Shown: positions 7,581-16,331 of the stretch, piece after piece
Numbering within the stretch: position 1 is the first letter of the stretch
Layout of the letters: the number at the start of each line of letters is the position of its first letter
Origin: Candidatus Aenigmatarchaeota archaeon
GTDB lineage: Archaea; Aenigmatarchaeota; Aenigmatarchaeia; CG10238-14; SCSR01
Direction: 5' to 3'
Length of the DNA stretch: 64,000 nucleotides
NCBI GenBank assembly: GCA_016213525.1
Contig: JACRAE010000001.1
Span: 11,268 to 75,267 of the forward strand
Position numbers and translations under genes: made by a program
The notes under the pieces: generated by a model
The model's database searches: none
What the model was told of the DNA's origin: nothing
The model's input: only the letters and a program-made list of their open reading frames with translations

Positions 7581-8240
7581 ATGGGGCTCTTTGATCGTCT
7601 AAAAGGCCTTTTTGGCACTAAAAGCGATGTTAAATCGATTGAATCGATGGACCATCGATTTGAATCGATTGGACAGCCAATCCAAGCATCTGAACAAATC
7701 AGAGAATCACCCAAACCTATTGCTATCCCCATCTCTATTATACCTACTAATAGAGAAATAGAGCCATCCGCACCTTCCTATCCAGAAGTTAGTCGAGATT
7801 CCTATCAATTGGGCCTAGCTGCCGGGTATACCGGTCGATCTATAAAGGAAATAGAATCTTCCTTATCGAGAATAGAAGCCCAAATGGTCACTAAAGACTG
7901 GTTTACGGTTCAATTACAGCAAGTTGACAGGAGAATCGAGGATATAGAAAGAGCATTGGGGATAATTAAAGGAGCTATACCTACGATGGAGCAACAGAGG
8001 GCTGCAATAGTCAAGAGGATGCCCCTCACCCAGAGGATGGAGGAGCTTTTGTCCGTGGTCCGGGAATCCAAGGAAATCAGCTTCGCCGACCTGGCCCTTA
8101 AGATGAACATGGACATCTCAGATCTGAGGAGCATGTTGTCGATAATGACAAAGAGGACCAACATGGTCGAGAGATTCCGCATCCATCGGGTCGGTTGGAT
8201 AAGGTATGTTGAGCCAGGTCAAACAAGTTCTCCCTTCTAA
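7581..8240 (+). CDS. hypothetical protein with coiled-coil middle and C-terminal winged-helix domain
   Basis: 219 aa. The N-terminus is an amphipathic MGLFDRLKGLFG. The C-terminal part, LTQRMEELLSVVRESKEISFADLALKMNMDISDLRSMLSIMTKR...VERF, looks like a wHTH. Confidence 0.6.
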   Translation: MGLFDRLKGLFGTKSDVKSIESMDHRFESIGQPIQASEQIRESPKPIAIPISIIPTNREIEPSAPSYPEVSRDSYQLGLAAGYTGRSIKEIESSLSRIEAQMVTKDWFTVQLQQVDRRIEDIERALGIIKGAIPTMEQQRAAIVKRMPLTQRMEELLSVVRESKEISFADLALKMNMDISDLRSMLSIMTKRTNMVERFRIHRVGWIRYVEPGQTSSPF

Positions 8241-8334
8241 AAAGACAGTTTTTTACAGATAGACAAGTGTGTAAGAAGGTATAGAATCTCAATGCCTAAC
8301 CGATGCTTGGAAAAAGTAAAAAGAAGAGGCGAAC

Positions 8335-8469
8335 TTACATCCACTTTGCGCTGCAAGATGGACACGTCGCGATCTTCTCGTTTATACCAGCCTTTACGAA
8401 GACATGGCACTTTTTACAAGGTACGTTGACCTTTGCTATGTATGCACTAAATTTACCCAAATGAATCAC
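8335..8469 (-). CDS. 44-aa zinc-ribbon micro-protein (GTG start)
   Basis: Read by hand: (M)IHLGKFSAYIAKVNVPCKKCHVFVKAGINEKIATCPSCSAKWM. On the minus strand a TATA-like ctttatatagg lies about 35 nt upstream. Confidence 0.3.
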   Translation of the reverse strand: MIHLGKFSAYIAKVNVPCKKCHVFVKAGINEKIATCPSCSAKWM

Positions 8470-8592
8470 CCAACTTATGATATATACACTTCATCCTATA
8501 TAAAGCTTATGGCTTTTTGAATTTTCCAACCATAAAAAATATAGTTCTAAAATATCATAGAATGTCATAGTAAACTCCATCCGGTCCTGTAT

Positions 8593-8895
8593 CTAGTGTT
8601 TGCCCATGGCCCGATCGATTTTTTCCTTCACAGACATAAATTTCAGTATGGACGTCATATCCACACCGGGTTTGATCTTGAACATCCGTATGTTAGAGGG
8701 TTCTAGCTTCTGCTCCTCCACGAAATTCGATAAATATGACTCTAGGAGCCGGGTGACGGTCCTTCTATGCAAGCCTGTTCTGTTGGAAATCTCTGTTGGC
8801 CAAAGCCAGCCGTTTTCAGCCTGTTTCAGGCAGTTTGCGATTTTAATCACGTTCTCTAGCAGTGTTTTCTTCACTTCTTTCTCACCTGTAATCAT
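8593..8895 (-). CDS. small winged-helix DNA-binding protein (100 aa)
   Basis: WLWPTEISNRTGLHRRTVTRLLESYLSNFVEE fits an HTH plus recognition helix. Confidence 0.6.
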   Translation of the reverse strand: MITGEKEVKKTLLENVIKIANCLKQAENGWLWPTEISNRTGLHRRTVTRLLESYLSNFVEEQKLEPSNIRMFKIKPGVDMTSILKFMSVKEKIDRAMGKH

Positions 8896-8913
8896 CTGCG
8901 CAGCGACGCGTAC

Positions 8914-8940
8914 TTGGTCTATAGTTGGTTTTTAGACCAA
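8914..8940. promoter_or_regulatory. inverted repeat TTGGTCTA-n11-TAGACCAA just upstream of the wHTH gene at 8593-8895
   Basis: Perfect 8-bp arms at 8914-8921 and 8933-8940, located 19-45 nt upstream of start 8895. The 9-mer TTGGTCTAT also occurs at 7177-7185. Confidence 0.45.
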
Positions 8941-9068
8941 TTAAAGACAAATCCAGCTACTAACCCCATATGGGCCCTTCTAGGCGCGACAAAACAGCAT
9001 ACTGGAGGTCCGTGGCGGGGTTTCACCTGACAGCTGGCATACTCTCACGAATTTAGCCGGTTTATGGA

Positions 9069-9092
9069 AACGATTGAATCGATTCAATCGTT
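9069..9092. repeat. perfect 24-bp palindrome AACGATTGAATCGATTCAATCGTT
   Basis: The sequence is an exact self-reverse-complement. Its core TTGAATCGAT recurs at 7633-7672. Confidence 0.8.
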
Positions 9093-9142
9093 AGCCGACC
9101 ATCTTCCCTCCCAGGACCTTCATTATCCATGCTGCCTCAGTC

Positions 9143-9862
9143 ATGTTTAATACCGCATTCTCATATTGTCATTGTATGGCGGGCACCGCAGCGGCGACAA
9201 AGGCTTCGGGAGTTCTCCAAAAAGTTCTGATAATTGTTGCATTTAGTGCCATTGTCGGACTGGCCACTTATTACTACCTTGCCTATTCCGAGGAGCTTTT
9301 CTATTGGACTGCCGAAGACCTCACAGGCGAGACAGGAAACACGGTCGGCCAACCGGCTGAGGAGACTTCGGGGCAGCAGGGAGACTCGCAGCAGGGTCTG
9401 ACAACGGCCATATCGCCGGCAAGGGACCTGACGGGCGACTGGGCAGGGACGTTATCCAGGTCCTTTTCAATCAACGAGGAGACTGAGGACGTCCTCTGCC
9501 TCTACACTGGAACGGTCAGGCTGACTCTTCGGCAGCAGGGCAACGGCGTCATAGGCAGCATGAGAATCGATAAAATTACCGTAAAGGACACGCAGAAGCA
9601 GGCGCCAATCGACGAGTATGGACTCCCGGCGGTGGTTATTCCTTGCGGTGTGCCGGTCTCGCCGCCATACCTGGACATTGATTTGGAAGGCACAGCGAGT
9701 TCGTCCACGATAGACTTACAGGGATTTTTCACAAGATTCTCCGGGTCGTTCACGGCAGACCTCATGACGCTCTACCCGGAGCAGTGTGTGTTTGGCTCCG
9801 GCTCGGGGTGCTCGGTGGTGGCCGGCAGTGACAGCATCGTGAAGCTGGCAAAAACAAGCTAG
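9143..9862 (+). CDS. membrane-anchored hypothetical protein
   Basis: 239-aa ORF with an alternative ATG at 9176. A single TM span (VLIIVAFSAIVGLATYYYLAY) is followed by a Gln/Gly/Thr-rich linker and a probable extracellular domain. Confidence 0.55.
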   Translation: MFNTAFSYCHCMAGTAAATKASGVLQKVLIIVAFSAIVGLATYYYLAYSEELFYWTAEDLTGETGNTVGQPAEETSGQQGDSQQGLTTAISPARDLTGDWAGTLSRSFSINEETEDVLCLYTGTVRLTLRQQGNGVIGSMRIDKITVKDTQKQAPIDEYGLPAVVIPCGVPVSPPYLDIDLEGTASSSTIDLQGFFTRFSGSFTADLMTLYPEQCVFGSGSGCSVVAGSDSIVKLAKTS

Positions 9863-10671
9863 CCGGTAATGCTCATTTCGACCTTCTTCAGGTCGACTTC
9901 CCCGGTGTTCTCCCATAGGTTCTTGACATAGGTGTCGAACACCCTGACCAGCCCGGGATCCTCGCTCCAGACCGAGCTGAACGGGAAGTCTTCCTTCTTT
10001 TTCTGGTCGTGGTCCAGCCTGAGCAGGACCTCCTTGCCGTCCACAATCACTATCCTGGGGTGCAGGCTCGCCTCGATTATCTTCAACTCCGCCCCGTGCT
10101 CGACGAACCATTTGGCTTTGAGGTAGTTTTCCTCGTCAATCTCCTGCATGCCCAGCACCCGCACCTTCACTCCCCTCTTGACGGCCGACTGCACGACATG
10201 GGTGAGCTTGGCCGACCTGGAGAAGTCCCTGGTGACCCCGTAGACGTACTTCCTGCTCTTCCCTATCATGTCGCTCGCCTTGTTGAAGAACTCCACCCAG
10301 TTCCTGCCACGGACGGTCCAGATGCCGGTGGACGTCTCGCTGCCCTTCGCGGGCTTGAGGTAGCGGCTCACCTCCTTCAGCCCGGATTTGACCGAGACTA
10401 TGGACCTCTCCTTTTCCTCGATCATCCTCTTCAGGCCGATGTCCGCCGGGACGACCCTGTACTCCTTCGGCTTGCCCTCCGAGACCTCGACGAGCTGCTT
10501 CTCGATAAGGTCCTCGAGCACCCAATAAATTTTAGACTGGGGGACGTCCGCCCTCTTGCTCAGCTCGCCGGCCTTCATGGAGTCGCTCATGGAGAGGGCG
10601 GCGTAGGTCTTGGCCTCGTACTCGCTCATGCCCAGGCCCTGGAGGAACTTGACTATCTCCTCTGGCTTCAT
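9859..10671 (-). CDS. TrmB-family transcriptional regulator
   Basis: From MKPEEIVKFLQGLGMSEYEAKTYAALS...AGELSKRADVPQSKIYWVLEDLIEKQLV (TrmB wHTH) through a C-terminal effector-type domain. I chose ATG 10671 over the longer ORF-track start. Confidence 0.85.
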   Translation of the reverse strand: MKPEEIVKFLQGLGMSEYEAKTYAALSMSDSMKAGELSKRADVPQSKIYWVLEDLIEKQLVEVSEGKPKEYRVVPADIGLKRMIEEKERSIVSVKSGLKEVSRYLKPAKGSETSTGIWTVRGRNWVEFFNKASDMIGKSRKYVYGVTRDFSRSAKLTHVVQSAVKRGVKVRVLGMQEIDEENYLKAKWFVEHGAELKIIEASLHPRIVIVDGKEVLLRLDHDQKKKEDFPFSSVWSEDPGLVRVFDTYVKNLWENTGEVDLKKVEMSITG

Positions 10672-10747
10672 CAATAGAATTACTCGCCGCGGGTGTAATA
10701 AAAGGCTGCCACTACCCATGGTAGTCCTTCGAAGAGCTCCCTGATGT

Positions 10748-11713
10748 TTACGATGGTTTTCTTGACCGGGACTGGATGTATTTTTTTATCGTCGGTTCGT
10801 TCTCTGCCAGTCGCCATAGGAAGTTCTTTCCAAGCTCCTCGGTCGCAGCCATCACTATGTCGTATGTCTTCTTGTCCCCGAGGCCGATAGTCTCATTCCC
10901 GATGTCGTTGCAGTTGAAGTCCATCGTGGCGCCCCCTGCCTCCTTTACAATGAGATATCCCGGTCCTATCTCCTCTCCGGTGAACAGCTTGTCCGTTCTG
11001 TTGCAATTGTTCGCGCTCACGAAGAGGTCCTGGGCCCCATATGAAATCTGGGCTATATGGACCGCCTTGGAGCCATAGTCGTTCAGCCAATTGTTGCGGC
11101 CTTTTTTGAGGAGGCTGTCCGATATGGCGCCGTTTATGTCTCCGAGCATGTATTGGTCGTTCAAAACTTTCAGACCGTCCATGATGCCTGTCTTCCCGGA
11201 CGTTCTCATCTCCGTCTTCCCCCATTCTACATTCTGACCATTGTCCAGCTTGCCCGCGAAACCTGGTATTTTATACGCTCCCCTGCCCCGGTTAGCCATG
11301 TAAAGGTTTCCAGAGTTGAACTCTAGGAAGCCGGCAGACAGGCAGTCGTTGAAACTCGGGTCTTCCCTGTCGAACACGCCCATTATGGACCCGTAGGGGA
11401 GCATGTCGTCTCCTTTGTTGAAGTTCGCCGTCCCATCTATGTCATCGAATATTATGGAATATTTCGGGTTGTCGCCTATCGAAGTCTTTCCCTTCTCTTC
11501 ACTGTAGATTGAGAAGCCAACTCCATATTTTTTAATCTGGTCGACTATCGCGTCGCCGACTACGATGTCCCCATTCGTGACTATGTCCTTACGTGAATCT
11601 AGGATGCTCTTCGTATCGCTACCTGCCATTTTCAAGGCGGTGTATCCCCCGAAAAGAGATTCTTTCACCATATTTTCCGCGATGCTCGGGGTCAGTTCTG
11701 ACATAAAGATCAT
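10748..11713 (-). CDS. inositol-monophosphatase/FBPase-superfamily protein (divergent)
   Basis: 321 aa. It has SEEKG (metal-binding EE), IIFDDIDGTANF (the DPIDGT-type motif) and the C-terminal IVKEAGGATMDF. Confidence 0.75.
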   Translation of the reverse strand: MIFMSELTPSIAENMVKESLFGGYTALKMAGSDTKSILDSRKDIVTNGDIVVGDAIVDQIKKYGVGFSIYSEEKGKTSIGDNPKYSIIFDDIDGTANFNKGDDMLPYGSIMGVFDREDPSFNDCLSAGFLEFNSGNLYMANRGRGAYKIPGFAGKLDNGQNVEWGKTEMRTSGKTGIMDGLKVLNDQYMLGDINGAISDSLLKKGRNNWLNDYGSKAVHIAQISYGAQDLFVSANNCNRTDKLFTGEEIGPGYLIVKEAGGATMDFNCNDIGNETIGLGDKKTYDIVMAATEELGKNFLWRLAENEPTIKKYIQSRSRKPS

Positions 11714-11723
11714 TTGAAATATT

Positions 11724-12914
11724 TTATTGCACGAACGTGCCTATGTCGTACCCGCCTTTCCTTATGGCGTCTGTCCTGGAGTAGAGCGGGTGGTCGTCTC
11801 CTATCGGGAACTTTTCGTTGAGCTCCCCTATCAGATTCCTTATGCCCTCTATGCCGTGCCTCTTCTTGACGGAATATAGGACCACTGCCTGCGTCACAGG
11901 CATGGCCCTGTTCGGCATTGTCTGCGTGTCGAACAAAAATTCCTTCACGCCGTCCATCGTTGCCCTCACGTAGTTCACGCTGGCGTGCTCCTTCTCCTCC
12001 GCCCTCTTCCAGAGCTCCATGCTCTCGTACGTGTCCACATCTATGCCGGTAGGCTGGTAGACCATGAACTCGTGCTTGAAGTGCGGCTTGATTGCGTTGT
12101 CCTTAGTATAATCCTCTATGTCCACGTTCAGCACCATGCCCTGTATGCTGGGCTTCTCGTTGTACGTTATGGCTTTCCTTTCGGAGACCACGTTGCCGTT
12201 CTTGTCCCTGTCCTTTATGACGACTCCATAGAGGCCGTTCGAGAATCTCATCTTCTCTATGTCGGAGCTTTCCTTGACGAGGCCCAGCTTCTTGAGGTCG
12301 TCCGGGAACTCCACTCTGGGCACGAGTCCGGTCTCTTCGGATATCTCCGAGTACGCCGTCCTTGAAACCGCATCTTCTCTGACGACAGACACGTTGCCGG
12401 CCGCGGTGCCTGTGTAAAACGGATATTCCCCGAGGTTCATCCTGCCGAAAGTCTGTATGACGTCCTCGCCGTCCTTGTTTTTGAATATTGGGGTGGCGCT
12501 GAGCGCACACGAGTTCGCAAGGCCGCTCATTCCATGTTTGTCAATTATTCCGTAGGGATCCGTGTTCTGGGTCGCCATGCTGGCGGCGTAGTTCGTCGGG
12601 CTCCCCTCTATGGTGAATTTCCCGTTCCTCACCTGATAATTGTCTATCCTCATCAGTGGACCAGCGAACATTTTTGGCCGCCCGTCTACCAGAAGCCTTG
12701 GCATAGGCTTGTAATCTGTGTCTATCTTGACGTCTCCTGTGAAAGTTTTCGCCTTGTCTTCGAGCGTCTTCATCCAGTTACTGTAGACGTTGGCCGCAAT
12801 CTCCTCTGGCAGTTTGTGCTCGGGCTTCACTATTACCCTGACATTTTCGGGGGCGAAGTCACCCACCACGTTCAGGACGAAATTCCTCGTCCCCAATAGC
12901 GGCATGCGAGTCAT
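11724..12914 (-). CDS. hypothetical protein with a degenerate Nudix-box-like motif
   Basis: 396-aa ORF. GNVSVVREDAVSRTAYSEISEETGL approximates GX5EX7REUXEEXGU, but the spacing is off by one and RE is replaced by SE. TATA-like boxes lie at 12925-12975 on the minus strand. Confidence 0.6.
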   Translation of the reverse strand: MTRMPLLGTRNFVLNVVGDFAPENVRVIVKPEHKLPEEIAANVYSNWMKTLEDKAKTFTGDVKIDTDYKPMPRLLVDGRPKMFAGPLMRIDNYQVRNGKFTIEGSPTNYAASMATQNTDPYGIIDKHGMSGLANSCALSATPIFKNKDGEDVIQTFGRMNLGEYPFYTGTAAGNVSVVREDAVSRTAYSEISEETGLVPRVEFPDDLKKLGLVKESSDIEKMRFSNGLYGVVIKDRDKNGNVVSERKAITYNEKPSIQGMVLNVDIEDYTKDNAIKPHFKHEFMVYQPTGIDVDTYESMELWKRAEEKEHASVNYVRATMDGVKEFLFDTQTMPNRAMPVTQAVVLYSVKKRHGIEGIRNLIGELNEKFPIGDDHPLYSRTDAIRKGGYDIGTFVQ

Positions 12915-13018
12915 AATTAATTACTACTAAATAGTGGTATATAAGAGTTATCATTCCTGTTATAAATTTTCCTCGGGGCGGATTTCATGCCAAAGGCTAT
13001 TCGCGTGGAGCCGTATTT

Positions 13019-14062
13019 CTAAATGCCTCTTAGTTGTCCGAGTATGTGGTTCTTTATCGCGTCGTTCGAAGAGGCCACGAAGTTCTGCCTCTTTTCGGAT
13101 ATCTTCTTCCCTCCGGCATCGTTTCCCTCGAAGTCGACTATGGACCCGCCGGCGCCCCTTATTATGGGGTACATTGGCACCAGGTTGCCGAGGTGCTCGT
13201 TGATCGAGACGCGCGCGGTCCCCCTGGGCTCTATGTTCCCGTCGGCCCTCTCGAAGAGCTCGGCCAGGAGGTCGGACGTCAGCGCGTACGACCTGCAGAC
13301 GTCGAACGCGCCCCCGCCGTTCCTGTCGGAGAGTCTTTTGTACGCGTTCCAGGCCAGTTCCTTCATCCCCTCGACGGCGCTCGTCTCGTCGAACGCCGAG
13401 AAGAAGTCCAATATCGCGACGGACTTCGAGAAGTTGGTCTGTGAAGACATCCTGAGCTTGTAGAAGTCGCCGTATTTTCTGTTGTTCTCGTATGTCCCGA
13501 TGTCTCCGGCCTCGTCCCTCCAGGCGGCCGCGCTTGTCGGGTGCGTCCTGTGGACCGTCGGGTTCGCCTCGATCATGACCGAGACCTCAAAGTCCCCGAC
13601 GGCGACGTCTTTGACGTCCTTCTTCGTCGGCATGGTGAACGCGGTGGCGGTCCCATAGTGGCCGTTGCTGCCCAGCCTGTATATGCCCCTCTCCTGATCG
13701 TTCCCAAACCCGTCAAGTATCTTTGTGCCGTCGATGGAGTCGTTCTCGCAGTATATCGGGTCGTTCCTCGTGTAGTTCCCCACCTCGAACGTCCTGCCGG
13801 ACCTGGGGTCGACGACCATAATTATCTTCCTCTCGATCTGTTCGGAGAGGTTCCTCAGGTACCTTATCGCTATGTTCTCCGCCATGACGTCGGACTTCTT
13901 TGCCCACTGCGCCTCGACTCCGACCTTCAGCTTGGATTCCATGCTGCCGACCCTCTCGGTCCTCGGGGTCGAGTTGATGGTGTCCGCTATGTCGTAGCTC
14001 AGCCTAAGCCCGGTGTCGACGAGTTTCCGCGTCAGCTGTTCGTAGCTCTGAGTCATTGTCAT
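13019..14062 (-). CDS. IMPase-fold-like protein (highly divergent, possibly lacking the EE metal motif)
   Basis: 347 aa. It has CENDSIDGTKIL (DPIDGT-like) and the C-terminal IIRGAGGSIVDFEGN. It starts 46 nt downstream of the aEF-2 stop. Confidence 0.55.
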   Translation of the reverse strand: MTMTQSYEQLTRKLVDTGLRLSYDIADTINSTPRTERVGSMESKLKVGVEAQWAKKSDVMAENIAIRYLRNLSEQIERKIIMVVDPRSGRTFEVGNYTRNDPIYCENDSIDGTKILDGFGNDQERGIYRLGSNGHYGTATAFTMPTKKDVKDVAVGDFEVSVMIEANPTVHRTHPTSAAAWRDEAGDIGTYENNRKYGDFYKLRMSSQTNFSKSVAILDFFSAFDETSAVEGMKELAWNAYKRLSDRNGGGAFDVCRSYALTSDLLAELFERADGNIEPRGTARVSINEHLGNLVPMYPIIRGAGGSIVDFEGNDAGGKKISEKRQNFVASSNDAIKNHILGQLRGI

Positions 14063-14108
14063 ACGGAGCAGACTGAGCTTTAAATCCCTTTCTAGAATCG
14101 TTATATTT

Positions 14109-16304
14109 TTAATCCGACTCTGCCTTCGGGAGCTCCTCGGGCAGGCCCTTCCTCTTCCTGATCTCCTTGACGGTCTTCTCGAAGATGTCGCGCGGGATCT
14201 TCTCGAACACGGTGTTGGTGACGTTGTAGAATCCCCTGCCCCCAGTTGCGGACTTGAGGCTGGCGTCGAAGCCGAACATCTCCGACACCGGCATCTTGCA
14301 CATCAAAATCGTCACTCCCCTCTCCTCCTTCATGTCCTGTATCTGGCCCCTCCTGTTCTCGACCTCCCTCGTCACGCTGCCGATGAGCTCCTGCGGGATG
14401 TCTATCCTCACGATCTGCCTCGGCTCGAGCAGCGTGCTGTTCGCGCGTATCATGGCCTGCCTGATGCCCCACCTGGCGGCCGGGATTATCTGTCCCTGCC
14501 CCCTGTGGACCGGGTCCTCGTGCAGGCTGACGTCGTGCAGCTGCACCTTCAGCTTCATGCACGGCTCCCTGCCCATCGGCCCGTCCTCGAGGACCTCCTT
14601 GAAGCCGTCGATCACCATCTCGATGACCTCGTTCAAAAACTGCACGCCCTTCGTCTGGTCCTCGAAGACGCACTTGTTGAATATCGTCGTGACAGTCTTG
14701 GCCTCGTCGTAGTCCATGCCGTACTCGGCGAGCTTCTTGAAGAGCTCTATGTTCTTCGCCTTCACCTCCAGCTCCGAGGGCAGGAAGCCGTCGACCATGG
14801 CCTGGTACACGCCGTCCTCGAGCGGCTCGACAGTGAAGTAGAGCTTGTTGTGCTTGTTCGGCGACTTCGCCTCCACTTCGGGCGACTTCTCGAACACCGC
14901 CTCCCTGTACACTACAATGGGCTTCGACATCGTGACCTCTATGCCGAGCTCCTTCAGCTTCCTCTCGACCTTCGCCTCGAGGTGCAGCTCCCCGAGCCCG
15001 GATATCAGGTACTCGCCGGTCTCCTGGTTGATCTTGATCACGAGAGTAGAATCTTCCCTCCCGAGCTGCTTCAGCGTCTCGATGAGCTTCGGCAGCTCCA
15101 TCGCGTTCTTCGGCTCTATGTTCTTCGTGACGACCGGCTCGAAGATGTGCTTGATCTCCTCGAACGGCTGGATGACCTTCCCCGCGTCGGTTATCGTCTC
15201 GCCCGTGAACGCGTCGCCTATCCCGACTATCGCCGCGATGTTGCCCGCCACCACCTCGTCCACAGGAATCCTCTGTATCCCCTTGTAGACCGCGACCTGC
15301 TGGATCTTCTGCGTCTTGTGGCCGGCTATCAGGTGGACGTCCTTGCCCTTCGATATCTTTCCGGAGAAGAGCCTGCCCGTCGCGACGTACCCGACGTGCG
15401 GGTCCGGCACCATCTTCGTTATAATCATGGAAAGGGTCCCGTTCGGGTCGCACTTCATCATCTCCTTCGCGACGTCGCTCTCCTTGTCGCCCATCCAGAC
15501 CTTCTCCAGCCTGTACTTCTGCGCGTCTATCGGGTTCGGCAGGTGCTTGATTATCATGTCCAGCACGACCTGGTGCATCGGCGCCCTCTTCGCGAGCTCG
15601 TCCTCGTTGTCGGCCTGCGTGAGCTCGATTATGTCCTTGAAAGTTATGCCCGTCTTCTTCATGTACGGTATCGAGATGGCCCACCTCCTGTAGGCGGAGC
15701 CGAACGCGACGGAGCCGTCCTGCACGTTCACGAGCCACTTCTCCTTGAACTGGTCCTCCGCATATTTCTGGATGAGGAAGTTTACGTCGCGTATGACCTC
15801 CTCGAACCTTTTGACCATCTGCTCCGGAGTCATCTTCAGCTCCCTGATGAGCCTGTCGGACTTGTTGATGAAGAGGACCGGCTTCACCCTCTCCCTCAGC
15901 GCCTGCCTGAAAACTGTTTCTGTCTGGGGCATTATCCCCTCCACCGGATCCACAAGAACTATGGTTCCGTCTACCGCCCTCATCGCCCTCGTCACGTCCC
16001 CTCCGAAGTCCACGTGCCCCGGTGTGTCGACGAGGTTGATCAGATAGTCCTGTCCCTCCGACTCGTGGACCATGCTGACGTTGGCGCCGTAGATCGTGAG
16101 CTGCCTCTCCCTCTCCTGCGGGTCGAACCACGTGTACATGGCCTTGCCCGCCATCTCCTCGGCGATCATGCCCGCCCCGCCCATCAGGTTGTCCGTCAAT
16201 GTCGTCTTTCCGTGGTGCACGTGGGAGGACGTCGCGATGTTCCTGATCCTCTCGGGGAACTTCATCGCCTCAACTATCCTCTCGGTCATCGTCGCTTTGG
16301 CCAT
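14109..16304 (-). CDS. fusA: translation elongation factor aEF-2
   Basis: 731 aa. It has the G-domain motifs HVHHGKTT and DTPGHVDF, and the diphthamide-loop sequence HEDPVHRG. Confidence 0.97.
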   Translation of the reverse strand: MAKATMTERIVEAMKFPERIRNIATSSHVHHGKTTLTDNLMGGAGMIAEEMAGKAMYTWFDPQERERQLTIYGANVSMVHESEGQDYLINLVDTPGHVDFGGDVTRAMRAVDGTIVLVDPVEGIMPQTETVFRQALRERVKPVLFINKSDRLIRELKMTPEQMVKRFEEVIRDVNFLIQKYAEDQFKEKWLVNVQDGSVAFGSAYRRWAISIPYMKKTGITFKDIIELTQADNEDELAKRAPMHQVVLDMIIKHLPNPIDAQKYRLEKVWMGDKESDVAKEMMKCDPNGTLSMIITKMVPDPHVGYVATGRLFSGKISKGKDVHLIAGHKTQKIQQVAVYKGIQRIPVDEVVAGNIAAIVGIGDAFTGETITDAGKVIQPFEEIKHIFEPVVTKNIEPKNAMELPKLIETLKQLGREDSTLVIKINQETGEYLISGLGELHLEAKVERKLKELGIEVTMSKPIVVYREAVFEKSPEVEAKSPNKHNKLYFTVEPLEDGVYQAMVDGFLPSELEVKAKNIELFKKLAEYGMDYDEAKTVTTIFNKCVFEDQTKGVQFLNEVIEMVIDGFKEVLEDGPMGREPCMKLKVQLHDVSLHEDPVHRGQGQIIPAARWGIRQAMIRANSTLLEPRQIVRIDIPQELIGSVTREVENRRGQIQDMKEERGVTILMCKMPVSEMFGFDASLKSATGGRGFYNVTNTVFEKIPRDIFEKTVKEIRKRKGLPEELPKAESD

Positions 16305-16331
16305 AGGTCAATCCACCAGAAAACAAAGAGC

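Larger units (their letters stand above)
5902..9142. mobile_element. candidate mobile-element remnant or origin-like AT-rich island
   Basis: Visibly AT-richer than the flanks. It holds long non-coding stretches (6494-6868, 7100-7580), dense short repeats and palindromes, and only small wHTH, Zn-ribbon and membrane ORFs. No integrase lies inside it. Confidence 0.3.
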
